64,000 nucleotides of DNA, taken from Fimbriosthenelais zetlandica (taxonomy: Eukaryota). The stretch spans positions 11,284,001-11,348,000 of the forward strand of contig OZ365113.1 in assembly GCA_977030845.1 (NCBI GenBank), read 5' to 3'. The translations under genes and the position numbers were made by a program. The first letter of the stretch is position 1; every line of letters begins with the position of its first letter. The notes beneath the pieces are model-generated. The model worked only from the letters and a program-made list of their open reading frames with translations, was not told where the DNA came from and searched no databases. Shown piece after piece: positions 10,789-20,171 of the stretch.

Positions 10789-11921
10789 ATGAGATTCCAG
10801 TTTATCTTGGTGACGAAATGAATTGGAGGAAATTTACCAAAAAGGCGGAGAAATCTGCACCAAATCAGACAGCTGATGGTAAGCACCTAAAGAACGCTAT
10901 GATGCAGCTAAATGACATGTATAAAGGTCTTGAATTCAAAGTGAAAGAACGATCTGGACCCGACCACTGCCCTTTCTTCAAAGTGAATGTTGAAATAGAG
11001 GGACAAACATTTGAGGGGCAGGGTAGCACTAAAAAATCGGCCAAGTTAGATGCAGCAGAAAAAGCCTTGGTTGGTTTGTCGCTCACTGGTGCACTGGCTC
11101 AGAGGGCTTCCCAGAAAAGACAGCAAAAATTTGGCACCTCGGTCAAATGGAAAAACGGCGGTCAAGGTGGACAAGGTAAGAATGTACCACAACTGACCCA
11201 ATCTTTCCAGCCAGCCTCTAGTAATGGGTCTGGTGGGGCAGGGAAGCCATGGCAGTCGTCTGGGTCTGGTCGTGGTCGTGGATGGAATCGTCCATCGATG
11301 ATGGGGGATGGTCGTAATGCCAATCAGAATGGACAAATGGGCGGATCAGGGAGAGGTGGTACACAGAGAGGACGCGGTCGTGGGGGTTTGGGTCGTGGTC
11401 GTGGTCGTGGTGGAATGGGTCGTGGTAGCAGCTACAGTCAAGTCATGGAGGGTTACGGTTCTATGTCCGGCCAGCAGACATCCACCTCTGGCCGTGGTGC
11501 TTCCAAATTATTCACTGGTCGGGGTGTTGGTGATTTGAGCAATAACCTCTCCACTGATTTATCTACACTAGGTGGACTAACATCTGAGTCTAGTAGTCCC
11601 ATCACAGGAAGAGGCAGGGGCCAGACACATGCCCCGCTCTATGGTCGTACCTCCCAAGCTGGTCAAAGCTGGGACCAGCAAGCAACATGGAATCATACTT
11701 ACTCCTCCTACCAAGATCCTTATGATACCAACAGTCAGTGGAAATCGCAAGATTATGGTTATGACACTGGTTATGATGCCTCATACGACACTGGTTATGA
11801 TACCACTGCTTATGATACCACTGGTTATGATACAAACTATGATACTACTTATGACTCTACTTACACTGGTGGATATCAAGGTGAAAGCTCGGAGTGGAGC
11901 TCTGAATATTATCACTACTAG
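10789..11921 (+). CDS. Gene A coding exon 2: dsRBD3 + RGG/RG region + Tyr/Gly/Ser/Asp-rich low-complexity tail
   Basis: Acceptor TTTCAG ending 10788, phase 1. KNAMMQLNDMYKGLEFKVKERSGPDHCPFFKVNVEIEGQTFEGQGSTKKSAKLDAAEKAL is close to ADAR2 dsRBD1; GRGRGG repeats; YDTGY-type repeats; stop TAG at 11919-11921. Confidence 0.93.
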
Positions 11922-13127
11922 AAGCATGGTTGTGATGGACATGAAAAAATCCGAATTATAAATTTGCCCAAAGACGGCAGAGAGCCAGGAACAACGCTGG
12001 ATAGATTATAAATGATAAATTGCTGGAAAACTGAAAATGACCAGAGAAATGTTGTAAAAGAACAGAAAAAATGAACTTTAGCTTTTCAATGACGTCGGTT
12101 CATTATCATACCGTTACATTTACTTCTACGATATCATCGTGCAAAAGTGAGAATTTGATGTTTATTTTACTTGTGAGTGACACGGTCGTCACCCGTGGGT
12201 CTCCCAGATCCACTTTATATATGCTGCAGATGTGTTGTGAGTGACAAGACAAGGAATCATCTCCACGAAAGGACGATATATTATCAGTTCTTGGAAAATA
12301 TCAGTTATTCGTCTACTTATCATCTCCGTCTTTTTTACTTATTTTCCCTCCAGAGCTACCACTGATCCAAAGCACTTGCTGATGTTATCCCTAGGTGGTA
12401 CATAATATTATGTTGCTAAGTGTTGTGCATCTTTTGTGATCTAACTTTTGTCTGGTAGATTAAGGCTTGTTGGTGAACAGTAAGAACTAAACTTTGAAGA
12501 TCAAATTTATTCTTTTAGAGCTGGCACATACCTTTTTACATTTATAAAAATAAGAATATTGATGGATTGCAGTATAATTCAAGTTACATAATTTTGTATT
12601 TATATTGGGAGCTGTAATTTGCCCCTTAGATGAAACGAGCATAATTGAATGTCATTTTGTTATGCATGTTAAACTACTTGGTAAATTTTCTTATGAAGAT
12701 CCAACCCGTGATTCGCAGTGATCAGCAGAATTGTCTAGAGTATCAGATGTGTTACCTGTGCCAAGGGAGGCATGCTTGGTGGGTATGAATCGTAGAATTG
12801 CCAATAAAAATGTAGAATAGTTTAATCAAATGAAGCCCTGTCCATGTCCGGAGCAAATCATGTTGATTGCTGGTTTAATTGTATGTATGTTCATAAAGAC
12901 AATTTTGTCTTTCTCTTCATCTAATGGAAGCACCAGTTTAGAGGTTAGTTTATATATTTATCATATGTATAAGCATGTCCAATGGTTGGGCCTAGTCCAA
13001 AAGGCCCAATACAGCAACGCCTCGGTGAAAGTGAATTGAACTTTAATGTACTTGATTTGCTCATGGTACTATGACCATTTGATAGATCAATGAAATAAGT
13101 ACACGCTGTGCTCCACAATTCTACCAC

Positions 13128-13210
13128 CAAATTCCCGCCATCTTTCGACTTTACGTGAATCCAATGATAAGGAATGACTCATTGATTAGGAGCAAAACCG
13201 TTTTGAAATT
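13128..13210. promoter_or_regulatory. Candidate promoter motif cluster upstream of gene B
   Basis: TTCCCGCC (E2F-like) 13132-13139, CCAAT 13161, TGACTCA 13175-13181, TTTGAA (CHR-like) 13202. Confidence 0.3.
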
Positions 13211-15328
13211 TCACAAATTGATTTTGATTGAGAGAGAGTGCCTCTCAGCATCTGGAGGACACTGAGCTCAAGGCATCAACGTTGGACTTTACTGTGAGGA
13301 ACGTAGATATTGTCTCCTTTGCATCTCATCCAAAGCTTCTCATGCTCCTATAGGCCGCAGAACGTGATAGACTATTATATTAGATGGTTATAAGTCGCCT
13401 TCTCACCACCCCCCCCCCCCCCCCCCACCTTTAACTTTTAAGTAGATATACCTGCACCTCTCTACATATCCATTCCTAAGCGTGTATTCCCAGGTATTAT
13501 GCCAAGTATTCTCAGACCTGTATCTATCAATCAGCCCGACCTGTCTTTTTTCCAAGTTGAGGACCAAATGTAGACATGACCTTGCACCTGATGACATCCT
13601 ATGATCAAGATAAGTGACTCAGGATCGCTTTGCAATTAACAAATTTAAATTGGACCAGTGGATTCCGTCGGGTTTCTTTCCTTCGATTCAGTCCTAGGAT
13701 TGGAATGATAATTGCTATTATCGTAATGATAGAGATATCAGATTGGAAAGTTGTATAAATCCTAATCTTGCAATTATATAATATATATTCTACGTATCAT
13801 TGACAGTCTTTGTACTGAGCTAATGCGTCCATGTATCTACCTATCTGACAGACTTCCCATCGTTTGGTCGAGAATAACATTTCTTCATGACCATGATGCA
13901 TATTTCCCTTTACAGCGACTTATACCGATCTTAACTTGCAATATAGCGCTACACAGGAGAGATCGTGGAAAGCAAAACATCTAATTATTGAAATGGATAT
14001 TGTCACCACTGTTGAAATTTCTCGATCTTGAATGTATAAGATATGTATACCAGAACTGATTAGGAAGTGCTGATCATTATTTTGTTGATTAATGACCATT
14101 GAAGAATTTTGGAAAAAGCACCTCGGCTCAGTATGATCTCAAATTTTGCTACCGTGGATTTCTTTTGTTTCAATAAAATCCACAATGATGTACACATGTA
14201 TGACCAGGTGTATGAAGTCACCGAAGAGAAATACACTAGATGCCGGCGACTATAGATGGTTCTAAAAATATAAACTATAACTCGATGGGTACAGCAGGCT
14301 GCTAGCCGAGGGAAGACATATATTCTCATAGAATTATAACAATCGTAATGGCCTCTGTATTTGTGATCAGACATGTTATGTACATATTTGTAAAAGTTCA
14401 AAATTAGATAGGTTGGAATTCGTCGCAAAAAAGTCCTTCGGGGAGTGGTGTTTCTGGACAATAATTGGGGTTTGTGTTTAAAGCAACTTTATCATCTATT
14501 GCCTAATGATTGCAAGTGAAAACGCCCTTTTTTCTAAAGTATAATTTGTATCTGTATATATGATAATGGTCTAAGGGGGTATAGGCTACATTTAATTTGT
14601 CCTTGCACGCTTGGTTGACTTTGGGCAAAGTTAACCCAAAAACCTGTTAGTGACCAAGTGGACAACTGATTGCATTTCAGAACATAATGTATGTTAATCT
14701 CTGGTCACCTCAAAATGAAGGTGAAAAACACATTATGAACAAACTCCCCAAAGATTTATTATGCATGGTATTCTATTAGTGTGTGTAATAGTATTCATTT
14801 CTACAGTAACTCTAGGCCTATACATGTTATTGGACCCGTGTTCACTTGTAAGTCGTAAAGAATTCATGGCAATTTGGTAGAAGAAAATGTTATTAAAAGG
14901 AATCCTTGTTTTAGCACCATTAAATGTCTTTTGTAAAAAATAAACCGCCTTTGCTTTATTATGTCAATGGGGTTATGGTATAAGAATATTTTACCATTAT
15001 TAATTTTGATTCTGCTCACCACACTCCCCCCACCCCCTCCAAACATACCCATGCATGCCGATTTGTTTATATTTAAGTTTTTTTCCAAGTGTTTTTTGAT
15101 AAAAGGTTCATTATGATGAATTAGTTTTCTCAATGACGAATGTTTGGTAAAATAATAATTTTCCATCTTTTTAATTCCTTATTTTCACAATATTATCGTG
15201 CTCTTGAATATTTTGTCCAATCTGAATCTGGTAGTATTTTATTGAATACCATTACTTATAATTACTTACACATATTATATCATTTCTCAAACACAGGGAA
15301 TGGAGAAGAAATAGGAAAAGTGGAGAAC

Positions 15329-16760
15329 ATGATCGTGGCAATGAAGTCAGAAGTAGTCCAGGATGATAATATAAAGATGGATAGACTAAGTGATAAACGC
15401 TCTGCTGACATGAGAGATATACAAGATGAAATGAAACGACATGAGACAAAGGCCCGCCCGGGAGACCAGCCCCGTATAAAGATTAAAGAAACTAGTACGC
15501 CTAAAGTTCTTAAGAGAAAGATTGAGGTGAAATTTGAAGATTCACTAACTCCTAACGAAGCTACAACACTAGATAAACAGGAAACCAAGAGGAGGAAAAA
15601 CAACGGAGATGAATTGAAGAAGCAAGTCAATTCGAAAGAAGCAAGTGATGTTGAAACCAGATCCCTGACCAAAAAAAGTATGATTTTGAAAACCTATGAG
15701 AAATATAATCTCAGGGAAAGAAAGTATAAATGTACTACAGTTGATGCAGGGAGAGATGATTTCCTCAACTTTGACAATATTTTAACGGATCAGAAGGAAA
15801 CAAAGAGTACGAAAGAGAACAAACATGAAATGAAGATACACCGTAAACATGATAAAACTGGCAGTGGAAGTGGCCAACCCCCTGAAGTAGTGAAGACGCC
15901 AACTCGTGTTGAAACCAAATCCAAAGTCCCAAATCCACAGAGCAAAGATGCCATGAAGATAGAATGTAAAGAGGCGAGAAAGGACAGTGGGGGAAACCAG
16001 CCTCTTGAAAAAAGGAAAGAAACGAGGTTGCCTCGTCCTAATGTTGACACCAAAACTAAAGTTGCTGATGAGTATGAGCGTAAGTTTGAGTTGGATCATG
16101 ACTATGATTCCCTTACTCCTGTCAAAGTTATTATAATTGATGACTCGGAGACAGAGAGTAGTGATGGAGAGGTTCCAAATGAGTCTGATGTGATGGTCAT
16201 CAGTAGTGACGAGTCAGAGTCAGAGAGTAGTGATGGAATGTATGGAGAGGTTCCACGTGAGTCCAATGGTATAATAATCAGTAGTGACGAAGATGAGCTT
16301 GAAGAGGAGAGATGGCTGACCAACAGCTGTACAAAACCGGTGAAAAAGAGAATCCGGTACCTTTATCAGTTCAAGCCTGACCTCCAACATGTTCAAGCAG
16401 AGAGAGTGGGTTCCGTCTACCAAATACAGTCCACCATTAATGTTCACAGGTATGTTGGTAAAGGTGCAACAAAACTTATGGCCAAATTATCTTTAGCCTC
16501 AAGATTTTGGTACTCGCTTTGCGAGGATTGCCCTATTACCCGGCACCCAATGACAGCTTTGACTCAACTGATGGGTGGTAGTAGATATGGCGAAGAGTCA
16601 CTGAATATTGATGCTGAAAACAGAGGGTGGTATGCTACTGAAGTAATCATACCGGGACATGGAAAATTTACTGCCAACGGTCCAACCCAAAAATCTGCAC
16701 GTTTCCTCGCAGCGGCAAAAGCAATCGAAACAATTTTTGGGTTGAAGTGTGAAACCAGTA
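15329..16760 (+). CDS. Gene B coding exon 1: charged disordered N-terminus, 3 SIM-like motifs, 2 divergent dsRBDs
   Basis: Acceptor ...AAACACAG ending 15296; first in-frame ATG at 15329 (alternative 15341). dsRBD-like KKRIRYLYQFKPDL...YVGKGATKLMAK and RHPMTAL...KFTANGPTQKSARFLAAAKAIETIFGL; donor A|GTGAGT at 16760/16761 (phase 1). Upstream coding exons are not excluded. Confidence 0.82.
16121..16309 (+). repeat. Tandemly duplicated ~66-75-bp unit encoding hydrophobic-core + Ser/acidic (SIM-like) motifs
   Basis: GAGAGTAGTGATGGA...GAGGTTCCA...ATCAGTAGTGACGA recurs; protein VKVIIIDDSETESSD / DVMVISSDESESESSD / GIIISSDEDELEEE. Confidence 0.85.
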
Positions 16761-16972
16761 GTGAGTATTTGATTTATTTATTAGGGCCCTATGATACATT
16801 AAATTAATCTGATCGATTTAATAGCTCCATGTCCCAGGCATTAAGATACTGTGTTAATATAAATGTGTTCGATATAAATCGGGTGCCTACTGTTTATTTC
16901 TCATAGCAATTGGACTACATTGTATTTGATAAAATATAGCTAAAATACAAATTTAAATTATACTTTTCACAG

Positions 16973-18570
16973 ATAGACTGCCGGTGATCAGTCATAGGCC
17001 TAATGGCTTGATGTCCTCTTCCGAGATGAAGATGCTCCTTTCCAAGAAGCCGCTCAATTCCAAGAAGAAGCCGCTCATTTCCAAGAAGAAGCCGCTCAAT
17101 TCCAAGAAGAAGCCGCTCACTTCCAAGAAGAAGCCTCTCACTTCCGAGAAGAAGCCTCTCAATTCCCAGAAGAAGCCTCTCAATTCCCAGAAGAAGCCGC
17201 TCACTTCCGAGAAGAATCCGCTCACTTCCGAGAAGAAGACGCTCACTTCCGAGAAGAAGACGCTCACTTCCGAGAAGAAGCCTCTTAATTCCCAGAAGAA
17301 GCCGCTCACTTCCGAGAAGAAGCCGCTCACTTCCGAGAAGAAGCCGCTCACTTCCGAGAAGAAGCCGCTCACTTCCGAGAAGAAGCCGCTCACTTCCGAG
17401 AAGAAGCAACAAAAGGCAAAGACGTGTAACAACACAGGCCTATCTACAATGCGACAATCCTCTCCCGTAGCAACTACAATGTCGGTGACTGCTACCTTGT
17501 CGACACAGGATAGAGCACTTTGTGACCAACCGAGTAACGCAAAGAAAAGTTTAGGTGGCACTCACACCAGAAAGCTGGCGGACACTTCTCTGTCTCAACC
17601 ATCCTCCCATTCCAAGCTTCCCCGCGACGTGCCAAAACATGTTACCCCAGCTGGTAATTCGAAGAATCCGAAGGACATTAAAGTTAAAGTAGAACCTTCA
17701 ACTTCCCAGGCTGGCCCTAGCAAGAACCATTCCAAGCTTTCCCGCGACGTGCCAAATCATGTTACCCCAGCTGGTAATTCGAAGAATCCGAAGGACATTA
17801 AAGTTAAAGTAGAACCTTCAACTTCCCAGGCTGGCCCTAGCAAGAACCATTCCAAGCTTTCCCGCGACGTGCCAAATCATGTTACCCCAGCTGGTAATTC
17901 GAAGAATCCGAAGGACATTAAAGTTAAAGTAGAACCTTCAACTTCCCAGGCTGGCCTTAGCAAGAACCATTCCAAGATTTCCCGCGACGTGCCAAATCAT
18001 GTTACCCCAGCTGGTAATTCGAAGAATCCGAAGGACATTAAAGTTAAAGTAGAACCTTCAACTTCCCAGGCTGGCCTTAGCAAGAACCATTCCAAGATTT
18101 CCCGCGACGTGCCAAATCATGTTACCCCAGCTGGTAATTCGAAGAATCCGAAGGACATTAAAGTTAAAGTAGAACCTTCAACTTCCCAGCCTCAACCATC
18201 CTCCCATTCTAAGCGTTCCCATGACGTGTCAGAGGGGAGAGCTCCACGTAGTACTACTACTAATACTACTAAGAGCACCGCATATATAAAGGTAGAGCCT
18301 TCATCCTCCCAGCCTCGTCCTAGCAAGGACTCGTCTTCAAATCTCTTTGAAGAACCTAAACCAGGACTGTCTCGCAGCAGACAGTACGAGATAGACAGGA
18401 AACCTATTAAAAGTCTTTTATGTTTGGAATCCGATTCTTCTCGCCCAATGTCCACAAGATCCATCCAGAACCAGGGTATTCACCCGATTGATTATGGTGG
18501 ATATTTCGGCAATTATCCTGCACACAATGGTAGAAGTGACAAAGATTTTACACGGAACTATCGTGAATAA
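16973..18570 (+). CDS. Gene B coding exon 2: Lys-rich heptad array + 40-aa SUMO-site repeats
   Basis: Acceptor TTTTCACAG ending 16972, phase 1, continuing into the 528-aa ORF (NRLPVISHRP...); stop TAA at 18568-18570. Confidence 0.82.
17041..17409 (+). repeat. 21-bp coding minisatellite, ~17.5 copies (S[K/E/Q]KKPL[T/N])
   Basis: Unit TCC[A/G/C]AGAAGAAGCCGCTCACT directly visible. Confidence 0.98.
17608..18327 (+). repeat. 120-bp coding tandem repeat, 5 near-identical copies + 1 degenerate copy
   Basis: Units start at 17608, 17728, 17848, 17968, 18088, with the degenerate copy at 18205; 40-aa unit HSKLSRDVPNHVTPAGNSKNPKDIKVKVEPSTSQAGPSKN. Confidence 0.98.
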
Positions 18571-19320
18571 CATCATCAGACATAATGTTCTACAAGTACG
18601 TGTAGATGAACTGACCTCGTAAAGGATTTGAAACTAATGAGATACATGGACGTGATTTTAAATGACAGTTTTGGCAGTGCTCCAACCTGGACCTTAAAAT
18701 GTAAGTCTCAAAAAAAGTTGTGTTTTAGGTTTGTAAGTTTCTTTTCCAAGTTGACTTTTTGTTGCGTTCTAGTTGTGTTATAGTAAATAAGTTGCTTTTT
18801 GTTGAAATGATGTAAAATTATATGTCGATCGATTTTTTCTCGGTAGTCGGTCTAGGCCTAAAACTATTGCCATTTTTGGGTAGGCAAATATGTTTCATAC
18901 ATGCAAAAGGTAGCCTAGGGCTAATCTCGATGATTATTTGAATTTTCCAGATGGCAGATTCTAGTTAGTTTCAATGTTTCAGTTTTTTCAATACATTTTT
19001 CATTCTTGGTGGAGTTCTTTTCGTTTTTGAATATTATTACGCAGATAATTTGGGCAGTTCTAAAAGGATTTTCATTGTGAAACTTGAAAATGTTTATTAA
19101 AGTTCAGTTTTGTTTGAACCAAATGTGGTCGACAAAAATTCTTGTTCCTCATTAATATTATTCTCTAAACAGGAATTTTTCATTAGCTATTACTTTATAA
19201 AGTCACAGTTAATGTAAAGGATCCTGTAGGCCTATAATACTAATGTTTGGATGCTAGTAACTTTGGTGGATGAATAGCGTGCTCCCCTCTGGTGGGCCTT
19301 CTTGTATCCGGCGGCTTTCG

Positions 19321-19374
19321 CACGTGTGTCAGGCCTAGTACCACTCATTGCAACCAGGGCGCGCCAAATTCAAA
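19321..19374. promoter_or_regulatory. Orphan E2F/CHR-like composite element plus E-box
   Basis: GGGCGCGCCAAATTCAAA (reverse complement TTTGAATTTGGCGCGCCC) at 19357-19374; CACGTG at 19321. Confidence 0.4.
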
Positions 19375-19957
19375 CATCTTCATGATGAGTATTGGTAAAT
19401 TGCCTTTAATATATTGGCACGTATTAAGTTACATTTTCAAAGTTAAGAGATGAAATTATATCACTTTTAATTTTGATTAAATTATGAGAAACCTAATAGG
19501 CCTTTTTTATCATCCAAATTTTATCAATCAAAATTCTCCAAATAACCATGCAACTCTATAGGCATATAATAGGTCTCTATTTCTACCCTTTGCCAGACGA
19601 TGGCGCCACTTATGTCCAAAGTGGCGTTCTGTTGCCATGGTTCCCATGGCATGTTTTAATGCCGATGACCACAATCTTTCTCCTGCCGATGGCTCACCTA
19701 TTCCTTGTGCCATCTGGAGTTCAATATGGCAGAGACTGCTCATGTCGGCCTATATCGCAGCTAGTCGATATTATACCCCAACCCTTCCTCTTGAGTTTCC
19801 CAGCCACCAGATAATTTTGAAAACGGAATATTGGTTCCCTCACTCAGTCCAAACATAGGTCCAGATTATCCTGGAAATGACAATTTGCCTCTTTGTCATG
19901 TCATTTGAATAATAAGAGCCAGTGTCCAAAAGAATTCGGTGGTCCACGCTGAGTAAC

Positions 19958-20171
19958 TTAACCCGACATCCACTGTACGATCTTTGGAAAAACAGATTTT
20001 TCTGATCGGCAAAGATCATTTCTCTATTGATTTAACATTGGAAAATCGGCGCCGATCCCAAGATTTTGGCATCCACCAGCCCGATCATCTGTTTTGGGGG
20101 TCCCGATCGCCTGTGATCGCTTAAGATCGCAAAATCGGGATGAGAATCGGGCTGGTGGGTGTCGGGCTTTA
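19958..20171. mobile_element. Probable degenerate MITE rich in CGATC/GATCG motifs
   Basis: Loose inverted ends (TAACCCGACATCCAC... vs reverse complement TAAAGCCCGACACCCAC...) and many internal GATCG motifs in both orientations. Confidence 0.35.

Noticed and set aside
15140-15296. N-terminal 52 codons of the 555-aa ORF
   Set aside because: AT-rich, intron-like sequence ending in a good acceptor (ACACAG); treated as intron read-through.
16915-17561. Antisense ORFs with LLGSER and FFSEVSG repeats
   Set aside because: They are shadows of the 21-bp coding minisatellite; stop-free frames are expected from the repeat.
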